Both the position numbers and the translations under genes were made by a program. 64,000 nucleotides of DNA, taken from NCBI GenBank assembly GCA_049601975.1, contig JBMYRC010000001.1, positions 18,041 to 82,040 on the forward strand, written 5' to 3'. A model generated the notes under the pieces. It searched no databases and was not told the origin of the DNA. It saw only the letters and a list, made by a program, of their open reading frames with translations. The first letter of the stretch is position 1, and each line of letters begins with the position of its first letter. This stretch comes from Alphaproteobacteria bacterium (GTDB lineage Bacteria > Pseudomonadota > Alphaproteobacteria > UBA8366). Shown here piece after piece: positions 56,892 to 64,000 of this stretch.

Positions 56892-58204
56892 TACCAACGC
56901 CTTTCAAATTTTTGCCGCAGGATTTGTGCGGCCAAATTCATACATACTAGGAATCCGAGGAGAACCATAATCGCCGCAGATGTTCGCTCGACAAATGCTC
57001 GCTCTGGGCTATCGGCCCACAGGTAGACTTGAACCGGCAAGACCGTTGCCGGGTCAGTTGGACCATGCGGTACGTCGACGATAAAGGCGACCATACCGAT
57101 CATGAGTAATGGAGCGCTTTCGCCAAGAGCCCTCGCCATACCGATAATGGTACCGGTTAACATTCCGGGCATTGCCAAGGGTATGACATGGTCGATAACG
57201 GTTTGTAGCCGACTTGCGCCAACGCCAAGGGCCGCTTCCCGGATGGAAGGTGGCACCGATTTGAGGGCCGCCCGAGATGCGATGATGATTGTAGGCAAAG
57301 TCATTAAGGCTAGCACCAAGCCACCAACAAGAGGTGCTGAGCGGGGCAGTCCAAAAAAATTCAGGAAGACTGCAAGTCCGAGAAGACCGAAGACAATGGA
57401 AGGAACCGCCGCCAGGTTGTTGATGTTGACTTCGATAACCTCGGTCCATCGGTTCTTTGGTGCGAATTCTTCAAGGTAAACCGCCGCCATAACGCCTAAT
57501 GGAAATGACAGCAGCAAAGTAATGATCAAGGTGAGCGTCGATCCCACAACAGCACCAAGGACGCCAGCCTGTTCGGGATCACGGCTATCACCGGCGGTAA
57601 AGAATTGGGTGTTGAAGTTTGTCGAAATAGCTCCGGAGGCCTGAAGGGATGCGAACCAACGTATTTCATTGTCTTTTACGCGGCGCTCGCTTTCGGGGAG
57701 GTTAACATCGACGTTGCCCTTATTAAGGATGTCGATATCAGCAGATGCGGTTAGCGAGATCGCCACTGTCTGTCCGATCAACGAGGGGTCGTCGCGAATG
57801 AGTTGGTAAAGCTCAAATGCCGCACCACCACTGACCAACTTATAGAGAGCTTTTTTGTCCCGCCGCGTTCTAACATTGGGGAAAATTTTGCGCAGACTGG
57901 CCTTTATCAAACCGCCGTAATCGGCCTTGATGAGAGTTTTTGGATCGCGATGTCCTTGCGGATCGATTATGGATTCATCCAGATGAACCCGGAGTTCAAT
58001 GTTTGTTTGGATAAAGGCCGAATGACCTTTGTAAACAATATTACCAAGCATAATCGCGAGGAATGCCAAGGCCAAGCAAACCGCAAGTAGGCCGAAAAAC
58101 TTAAACCGTCGTTCCGCGGCGTAGCGCCGTTTCAAACTACTCCGGACAATCTCACCAGTCGGTCTATTCGTTGCGCCAGGTACTTTGGCTGTCATATCAG
58201 TCAT
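56891..58204 (-). CDS. pstA: Phosphate ABC transporter permease PstA (long form)
   Basis: Permease with an EAA-like loop ([14 protein letters not shown]). ATG at 58204 or 58195 is more plausible than the track start at 58240. Confidence 0.85.
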   Translation of the reverse strand: MTDMTAKVPGATNRPTGEIVRSSLKRRYAAERRFKFFGLLAVCLALAFLAIMLGNIVYKGHSAFIQTNIELRVHLDESIIDPQGHRDPKTLIKADYGGLIKASLRKIFPNVRTRRDKKALYKLVSGGAAFELYQLIRDDPSLIGQTVAISLTASADIDILNKGNVDVNLPESERRVKDNEIRWFASLQASGAISTNFNTQFFTAGDSRDPEQAGVLGAVVGSTLTLIITLLLSFPLGVMAAVYLEEFAPKNRWTEVIEVNINNLAAVPSIVFGLLGLAVFLNFFGLPRSAPLVGGLVLALMTLPTIIIASRAALKSVPPSIREAALGVGASRLQTVIDHVIPLAMPGMLTGTIIGMARALGESAPLLMIGMVAFIVDVPHGPTDPATVLPVQVYLWADSPERAFVERTSAAIMVLLGFLVCMNLAAQILRQKFERRW

Positions 58205-59579
58205 ATTTTTCTCGGTATTTTTGCACGACCCGAAGTGCAAGGATATTTAGGAAAAGAGTGACAACAAACAGCACGAGGCCGAGTGCGAACGCGGCAAGGG
58301 TTTTTGCGCTGTCGAATTCTTGATCGCCAACCAGAAGCGTAACGATTTGCACGGTCACCGTGGTGACCGCCTCGAAGGGGTTGGCTGTTAAATTCGCCGC
58401 CAGACCTGCGGCCATGACGACAATCATTGTCTCGCCAATAGCACGGGAGACCGCGAGCAATACACTGCCGACGATTCCAGGGAGAGCCGCTGGTAGAATG
58501 ACGCGAATGATGGTTTCGGAGTGTGTAGCGCCTAAGCCCAAGGACCCTTCCCGCATTGATTGGGGCACCGCTGTGATGACATCGTCGGACAGAGACGAGA
58601 TAAAGGGAATAATCATGATACCCATAACGGCACCCGCTGCGAGGGCGCTTTCTGAGGAAACGGACAAGCCTAAAATTCCTCCGCTCTCGCGTAGGAGTGG
58701 TGCAACCGTGAGAGCAGCAAAAAATCCGTAGACGACCGTCGGGATACCCGCGAGGATTTCTAGTAAAGGCTTGGCAATGGCCCGGAATTTGGAATTGGCG
58801 TATTCCGCCAAGTAAATTGCAGTCATCAATCCGATCGGAACGGCGACGAACATAGCAATTGCGCTGATTAAGGCGGTGCCTGCAAAGATCGGCACGGCCC
58901 CAAACGCGCCGTCGGATGCGACTTGATCTTCACGCAGAGCAATTTGTGGGCTCCATTCGAGGCCGAATAAAAACTCGATTGGGGATACTTTTTCGAAAAA
59001 GCGGAAGGCCTCAAATAGAAGTGAAAGTACAATCCCGATTGTTGTCAGAATAGCCACGGTGGAAGCCGTAACTAGGAAGAACATTGCCACGCGCTCAACT
59101 GTATTGCGGGCCCGAAAGTTGGTGGCAATGAAGCGCTGGCCGACCGCAATTCCGGCAATGCCTAGACAAAGAGCGAGGACAAATTTTGCGGCGGAACTGG
59201 TCGCTACGAACGCATTGTAGCGCTCTGCTGCGGCGTGGATGGCTGGATTTGGATCGCTGCTGGCGATGTTTCCGGTGGCAATATTTCGAATGTCATTCAG
59301 TAACAGATTCAGTCGCGCGTCAGGAACGCTCTGCAAATGTGTCGGAAGTTCGGAAACGACAAGGCTGGTGATGATGGCCGGCTCTAGCGCAACCCACAAC
59401 GCCACCAGGAAAGTTGAGGGAATGCCGCACCAAATGGCCACGTATAAACCATGATAAGAGGGTAATGAATGCAGTTTGTTGAGTTCACCGCAGCTGGCAG
59501 CAACAGCTCGGTTCCGACCGAGGCGAAAGCCGAAATAGGTTAGGAGCAGCAGGACGATGAAAACGACGTAGGTTTGCAT
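58197..59579 (-). CDS. pstC: Phosphate ABC transporter permease PstC (long form)
   Basis: Permease with MREGSLGLGATHSET (EAA loop). Located after pstS. Confidence 0.85.
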   Translation of the reverse strand: MQTYVVFIVLLLLTYFGFRLGRNRAVAASCGELNKLHSLPSYHGLYVAIWCGIPSTFLVALWVALEPAIITSLVVSELPTHLQSVPDARLNLLLNDIRNIATGNIASSDPNPAIHAAAERYNAFVATSSAAKFVLALCLGIAGIAVGQRFIATNFRARNTVERVAMFFLVTASTVAILTTIGIVLSLLFEAFRFFEKVSPIEFLFGLEWSPQIALREDQVASDGAFGAVPIFAGTALISAIAMFVAVPIGLMTAIYLAEYANSKFRAIAKPLLEILAGIPTVVYGFFAALTVAPLLRESGGILGLSVSSESALAAGAVMGIMIIPFISSLSDDVITAVPQSMREGSLGLGATHSETIIRVILPAALPGIVGSVLLAVSRAIGETMIVVMAAGLAANLTANPFEAVTTVTVQIVTLLVGDQEFDSAKTLAAFALGLVLFVVTLFLNILALRVVQKYREKYD

Positions 59580-59628
59580 TTTATTACAGGTGAGCTGATG
59601 CTTTGAATTTGGTTAGTCAGAGTGAGAG

Positions 59629-59646
59629 GGCCGGAATGTTCCGGCC
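59629..59646 (-). promoter_or_regulatory. GC-rich stem-loop between pstS and pstC
   Basis: GGCCGGAA-TG-TTCCGGCC is a near-perfect inverted repeat, 17 nt from the pstS stop. There is no U-tract, so it is more likely an mRNA-stabilising or attenuating hairpin than a full terminator. Confidence 0.4.
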
Positions 59647-59662
59647 GTCTTCTCAAAAGTTC

Positions 59663-60703
59663 TTACATCGACAGATTGTTTAGCGACGATCCGTCGGTTT
59701 GGAACTTCTTCCGCTCCGCACTGGGCATCGGGATCAATCCGCGATCGGCGAGATACCCATCGCCGCCCCAAGCTTTGTCGCTGGTGAACTCAGCGACATA
59801 TTCTTTGATGCCGGGGATTTTGCCGACATGCGCTTTCTTTATGTAAAAGAACAGTGCGCGCGATACCGGATATTTTTGAGCCGCAATGTTTTCGAACTCA
59901 GGTGCCACACCATTGATCAGGCTGCCTTGGATCTTGTCGTCGTTTTGATCAAGGAAGCTATAGCCGAACACGCCGAAGGCGTTCGGGTTTGCTTCGAGTT
60001 TCTGTACAATCAAATTGTCGTTCTCGCCCGCTTCGATATAACCGCCATCCTCGCGGATACCTCGGCAGAGAGCTTTATATTTTTTCTTATCCTTCTTTTT
60101 CATAGCTTTAAGTGTTGGGAACGTCTTGCAACCGCCTTCGATCGCGAGTTCGTTAAAAGCGTCGCGTGTGCCGGAGGTCGGTGGTGGGCCCAGGACTTCG
60201 ATCTTGGTGTTCGGCAGCGAAGCGTCGACGTCTTTCCAAGTCTTGTTTGGGTTCGCGATCAACTTGCCCCCGTCCTTGTTGCCCTGTGGGACCTGTTTGG
60301 CGAGAGCCAGAAACATCTGCTTCAAGGAGAGCTTCATTTGGTCCGATTTTTTTGAATTTGCGAAAACGATACCGTCATAACCGAACTTTATTTCGACAAT
60401 TTCCTTGATTCCATTCTTGGTGCATTTCTCGACTTCGGATTTTTTGATTCGGCGCGATGCGTTCGTAACATCAGGATGTTCCACACCGACGCCGGAACAG
60501 AACAGCTTGAGACCGCCGCCTGAACCAGTTGATTCGATCTTTGGTGTTTTGAAGCCGCTGGTTTTGCCGAATTGTTCGGCGACGACGGTCGCGAATGGGT
60601 AAACGGTCGAAGAACCGACAATGTTGATTTGGTCGCGTGCCTCGGCCGCACCGGTCATCGCGACGGTGGCGAGAGCTGTATTTCCTAGAACCTTCCGTAT
60701 CAT
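59663..60703 (-). CDS. pstS: Phosphate ABC transporter substrate-binding protein PstS
   Basis: Signal peptide ...GAAEA, then INIVGSSTVYPF and TGSGGG motifs. ATG 60703 is preceded by AGGAG and is preferred over the track TTG at 60721. Confidence 0.85.
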   Translation of the reverse strand: MIRKVLGNTALATVAMTGAAEARDQINIVGSSTVYPFATVVAEQFGKTSGFKTPKIESTGSGGGLKLFCSGVGVEHPDVTNASRRIKKSEVEKCTKNGIKEIVEIKFGYDGIVFANSKKSDQMKLSLKQMFLALAKQVPQGNKDGGKLIANPNKTWKDVDASLPNTKIEVLGPPPTSGTRDAFNELAIEGGCKTFPTLKAMKKKDKKKYKALCRGIREDGGYIEAGENDNLIVQKLEANPNAFGVFGYSFLDQNDDKIQGSLINGVAPEFENIAAQKYPVSRALFFYIKKAHVGKIPGIKEYVAEFTSDKAWGGDGYLADRGLIPMPSAERKKFQTDGSSLNNLSM

Positions 60704-60762
60704 AAAGTTTTGCTCCTGCAAAAAGATAAACCACCGCGGGCAATCCCGCGAGATGGCGCGAT

Positions 60763-60816
60763 ATTATGCAGTTGGAGACGCAGTTTTATGACGAATCAGT
60801 TTCAGTTTTATGACAA
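60763..60816 (-). promoter_or_regulatory. pstS promoter: tandem Pho boxes plus a -10 element
   Basis: The minus strand reads TTGTCAT-AAAA-CTGAAAC-TGAT-TCGTCAT-AAAA-CTGCGTC (60816 to 60777), four 7-mers on an 11-bp register. It is followed 8 nt later by CATAAT (60768-60763). The first 7-mer overlaps the phoR stop. Confidence 0.65.
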
Positions 60817-61881
60817 TATTTCAGAATTTTTAACTTTTTGACTACTCGGTAGGAAAACCCTAAATTCGGTGCCCTTTCCAATCGCGCTGTCAATGGTGAG
60901 ACGGCCACGATGCCTATTTACGATATGCTTTACGATAGCGAGACCAAGACCCGTTCCTCCCATCGTACGGGACCGACCCTTATCCACACGGTAGAATCGC
61001 TCTGTCAGTCGGGGCAAATGCTCCGGCGAGATGCCGTCGCCTTCGTCGGAGACGGTCACGACGAACCCGGCACTGCCGAGGTCTGGGATGCGGCCGACTT
61101 CTTCCACGTTGACCCTGACCCGGGTGTTTTTAGGGCTATATTTCACTGCGTTGTCGATTAAGTTATGAAAAACTTCCGTTAGTTCGTCGCGATTCCCGGT
61201 GGCAAAAACGTGCGCGTTATTTTCTGGTAGTTCGATCGTTATTTTTCTTACAGATGCACGTGCGGTCAATGTATCGACGACCTCGACAAGCAGTGGTCGA
61301 ATTTCTACGTTACCTTCCGGCAAGATATGCTCGTTGGCTTCCACTCGCGAGAGGGAGAGCAGGTCGTCGATCAGACGCGTCATACGCTTCGATTCGCTAT
61401 CCATGATCTCGAGGAAGCGATCTCTTGCGGCTTCATCATCGCGCGCGGACCCCCGCAGTGTTTCAATGAAACCAACCAAGGAAGAGAGCGGTGACCGGAG
61501 TTCGTGGCTGACATTGGCGACGAAGTCGGCACGCATTTGCTCGGCGTTATTCTCTGCTGTCATGTCATGCATGATTAAAACAGCGTCCGCTTCGTATTGC
61601 GTGGTCCCGGTCAACGACGCGATTTGAATGTCGAAGCTGCGACGCACCGAATCCAACAATGATATGCGTAGTTGGCGTTGCTCCGCGCCGGTTAACACTT
61701 CGTCGACGGCGTCAAGAATATCCGGGTGTCGCAGTGCCAAGGTCAACGCGCGGCCCTCGATTTGATCACCGAGGAGATTCTTGGCTGCGATATTTGCTGC
61801 CAGTATCTGTTTTTCCGCATCGATCAGGAGCACTGGATCGGGCAGTACATTAAGTAGCGCGGTTGTGGCCGTGTTTTCCAT
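60808..61881 (-). CDS. phoR: Phosphate regulon sensor histidine kinase PhoR (PAS-HisKA-HATPase, no TM region)
   Basis: H-box FVANVSHELRSPL, plus N, G1 and G2 boxes (HNLIDNAVKY, DEGDGI, GGTGLGLAIV). A PAS-like N-terminus starts within the first 10 residues. Confidence 0.8.
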   Translation of the reverse strand: MENTATTALLNVLPDPVLLIDAEKQILAANIAAKNLLGDQIEGRALTLALRHPDILDAVDEVLTGAEQRQLRISLLDSVRRSFDIQIASLTGTTQYEADAVLIMHDMTAENNAEQMRADFVANVSHELRSPLSSLVGFIETLRGSARDDEAARDRFLEIMDSESKRMTRLIDDLLSLSRVEANEHILPEGNVEIRPLLVEVVDTLTARASVRKITIELPENNAHVFATGNRDELTEVFHNLIDNAVKYSPKNTRVRVNVEEVGRIPDLGSAGFVVTVSDEGDGISPEHLPRLTERFYRVDKGRSRTMGGTGLGLAIVKHIVNRHRGRLTIDSAIGKGTEFRVFLPSSQKVKNSEILS

Positions 61882-62043
61882 TGGGTCCTGCTTATGTAAC
61901 TTACCGCCGTGTGAGTTATAATTGCTCTGTATCCAAGTTTAGACTCAATGTCGACCTCGTAACCTCTACGCTTGAGACAGCGGTAAGTGGGCGCTAGATT
62001 GCGCGACCTTATTTTAGACCACCTTGCTTTGGGAGATATTGAT

Positions 62044-62319
62044 ATGTCGGAAGTCGGCGGTGTTGCGGGCGATCGTTTGCGTTCACTAATTGAGCGGATC
62101 GAGCGCCTGGAAGAAGAAAAAGAGACGATTTCCGTCGATGTTCGTGAAGTGTATGCGGAAGCCAAAGCAACTGGATTCGATCCGAAAGTCATGCGCCAAA
62201 TCGTGCGATTACGGAAAATGGAATCTGATGACCGTAAGGAACAAGAAGCCTTACTTGAGATTTACAAAGAAGCCTTGGGCATGGAAGCGCCGGCGATGCC
62301 CGAGCCCGTCGATATATAG
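62044..62319 (+). CDS. gapR: GapR/DUF2312 nucleoid-associated protein
   Basis: LRSLIERIERLEEEKETISVDVREVYAEAKATGFDPKVMRQIVRLRK closely parallels Caulobacter GapR. ATG 62044 is preferred over the track start 61987. Confidence 0.85.
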   Translation: MSEVGGVAGDRLRSLIERIERLEEEKETISVDVREVYAEAKATGFDPKVMRQIVRLRKMESDDRKEQEALLEIYKEALGMEAPAMPEPVDI

Positions 62320-62325
62320 CTCGCT

Positions 62326-62631
62326 CTAGAGCGAGCCGGTATCCGGGACGAACCAAAACGCACCGGGTTGGTGAATGCCGAGAGAGCCGCCGTATAGGCC
62401 CGGAACCTTTTTGCTTCCTTTGAAACGGACAAACAACGGCTGTTTTGGTAGACGCTCCGCTACGGGCTTAATTTCACCCGCCTTGACTCGTTTTGTGAGG
62501 ATTGGTGATTCGGAATATGTGTTCGCATGCGCCGAAGACGCGGCAAGATTGAGTGGTCCGACTAAAATCAGAGATCGAACCTTTCGACAAAAAGGCCCCT
62601 TTAAGGAAAAATTCAAAATCAACACGTTCAA
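62326..62631 (-). pseudogene. Possible N-terminal remnant of a family-5 (peptide/opine-type) ABC substrate-binding protein
   Basis: A signal-peptide-like segment ...AASSAHA, then SPILTKRVKAGEIKPVAERLPKQPLFV...GLYGGSL, the typical first ~90 aa of ~500-600-aa binding proteins. The ORF then ends after 101 aa. Confidence 0.3.
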
Positions 62632-62663
62632 TGTATGAAACGTTTAAGCTGAATTAATTCTGG

Positions 62664-63212
62664 CTACATTTTCATATCGTCTTGCCACGGTTTGATCTTG
62701 TCGAACTTTTTTGCGGCTTCCGGTAGGCCCGGAGATTTTGTTTGAATACCAATCGCATTGAAATTTTCGACACTCGTCACGTCAATCTTGATGTCTTTGC
62801 TCTCGACGATGCGGGCGACGGCTTCGGCGATCTCGTTAAATCCATCGATGGTAGATTCGATTTTGATCTTCCTCGAATTGGTTAAAAGCGTGAGCTCCAT
62901 CCAACCGGCATCGCGGTCTCGCTTAATGGTAAAAAACCGCAATTTAGCGCCTGTGACACTGCTCCAATCCACACGGCGACGGCGTAATCCGTAGATTTTG
63001 AGGCCATCCGGTTCGATTTCAATCATGGTCAAATGTTTCAACCATGTTTTGACACCAAACCCAGCAAATAAGGCAAAGAGCGGTCCGATAAAGAAAAACA
63101 TGACAGGGGTCGAAAATGCACTAATCATCAAGGCGCCGGTGATGGTCGTGCCCACGCCCGCTTGGATATAATCGCCCCTTAAGGACGCTAACGGGTAGCG
63201 GTAGCCGGTCAT
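62664..63212 (-). CDS. Membrane protein (two N-terminal TM helices plus a soluble C-terminal domain), function unknown
   Basis: ATG 63212 overlaps the upstream stop (ATGA). Hydrophobic stretch GVGTTITGALMISAFSTPVMFFFIGPLFALFAGFGV. Confidence 0.5.
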   Translation of the reverse strand: MTGYRYPLASLRGDYIQAGVGTTITGALMISAFSTPVMFFFIGPLFALFAGFGVKTWLKHLTMIEIEPDGLKIYGLRRRRVDWSSVTGAKLRFFTIKRDRDAGWMELTLLTNSRKIKIESTIDGFNEIAEAVARIVESKDIKIDVTSVENFNAIGIQTKSPGLPEAAKKFDKIKPWQDDMKM

Positions 63213-63982
63213 TGTATTTTCTCCAAAAGGTCCTCGACGGAAATCCAACGTGCCGCCGGATGTTTCTGCGTCACCTCTAGCAGTCGTTCGATGAAGCGCC
63301 AAGAGGCAGGATCTTGATTTAGATGGTGGGTCATCAAACCGGTTGCCTCAGGTGTTATATTGTTTATCAGTCTTTGGAAGGCTAGATGGTTAATAATCGC
63401 GACAATCGCAAGCTCATCGCTGACAAAATTCCGTGATCCTCGCCAATCAATGATGTCGACGTGAACGTTGAGTTGGTTGAATTGTTTGCGAGGATTGCTC
63501 GGGCCGAAGGTTGAAACTGCCCGTAAACCAACCCGCTCTAACCGTTCTGCAAGGGAATTGTCGATGCGATTCCAGGGGGGGACGAAGACTGCGGACGCGG
63601 TGTGCGGCATCAAGGTATTTAGACGCTGCCATCCTCGATCGATTTCGGCGATCATATCATCAAAGGGCCGGTGCGGTCCGAATTCGGATTTCTTCTCCCC
63701 GGGCGGTGCGTGGTTTTGGTGTGAATACCCGTGCGGCAATGCACTGACGCCGGAGTAGCTTGCCAGCATGTCCGCCAATTCACCGGTCGCCAACGCTGGT
63801 ATGGTGGCGATGGAGATGGGGGTGCTGGACGCCATGTCCAACAATTGCGTCAGCTGGGGGCTCGGCTTAGTCGCATCATCGTCGCGCCACCAGAACAAGG
63901 CTTCCCGCTTGGCGGTTGCCCAAGCGTCGAGTTCCGCCTCGAGCTTAATCCATGGATCTGGGTTTGTTGGATTGTCCGACAT
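63209..63982 (-). CDS. Polysaccharide-deacetylase-like protein (tentative)
   Basis: FWWRDDDA...LPHGYSH.NH...FVPPWNRI pattern resembles NodB-superfamily or DUF2334-type deacetylases. Weak by-eye call. Confidence 0.4.
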   Translation of the reverse strand: MSDNPTNPDPWIKLEAELDAWATAKREALFWWRDDDATKPSPQLTQLLDMASSTPISIATIPALATGELADMLASYSGVSALPHGYSHQNHAPPGEKKSEFGPHRPFDDMIAEIDRGWQRLNTLMPHTASAVFVPPWNRIDNSLAERLERVGLRAVSTFGPSNPRKQFNQLNVHVDIIDWRGSRNFVSDELAIVAIINHLAFQRLINNITPEATGLMTHHLNQDPASWRFIERLLEVTQKHPAARWISVEDLLEKIQ

Positions 63983-64000
63983 GAGGATCTTATATCCACT

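Noticed and set aside
1-64000. Scan for CRISPR arrays, rRNA or tRNA genes, IS elements, integrases, toxin-antitoxin pairs and known defence-system genes.
   Set aside because: No repeat-spacer periodicity was seen. No transposase, integrase or recombinase-like ORFs appear in the six-frame track. The intergenic regions are too short or too unstructured for RNA genes, and coding density is explained by the listed genes.

Overview
The window is a dense, mostly core chromosomal segment with about 60 genes. I saw no rRNA, tRNA, CRISPR array, transposase or integrase. Gene content and order look alphaproteobacterial: GapR/DUF2312, DUF1127, ruvCAB-ybgC-tolQRAB-pal-cpoB-tilS-ftsH and phoR-pstSCAB-phoU-phoB.

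Layout:
- 0-15.4 kb: ymdB-like, yebC, ruvCAB, ybgC, tolQRAB, pal, cpoB, tilS, ftsH, glmM and thiD, all on the + strand and often joined by 1-8 nt overlaps.
- 15.4-19.1 kb: hyuB and hyuA.
- 19.1-24.9 kb: a MocR regulator divergent from DUF1127, PhzF, EamA, a PLP dehydratase and a GNAT, followed by an AraC-MGMT (Ada-like) gene.
- 25-32.4 kb: a secreted tail-collar protein, cysQ, an orphan Mo-hydroxylase large subunit, an AmmeMemoRadiSam locus (fused B/A gene, lipoprotein, divergent radical SAM gene) and a methyltransferase.
- 32.4-35.4 kb: nrdBA.
- 35.6-42.9 kb: a methyltransferase, gloB, a ThDP enzyme, an MscS channel and a three-subunit HcnABC/opine-dehydrogenase-like flavoenzyme.
- 43.0-46.0 kb: a translationally coupled three-gene module.
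- 46.1-52.9 kb: an amide-catabolism-like cluster (SMP-30, DMFase-large-subunit-like, amidase, HIBADH-like, amidohydrolase).
- 53-62 kb: pit, phoB, phoU, pstBACS and phoR with clear Pho boxes.
- 62-64 kb: gapR, a binding-protein gene remnant and two poorly characterised genes.

The best lead is the 43.0-46.0 kb module. The ORF track splits its middle gene at an in-frame TGA (44773-44775). Reading through gives a U-G-S-C-T-S-C redox motif, and a SECIS-like hairpin follows immediately, so this looks like a selenoprotein of unknown function. It is flanked by a thioredoxin-fold fusion protein and a PDZ-bearing protease-like protein whose catalytic triad looks degenerate. All protein identifications rest on by-eye motif recognition and no searches were run.
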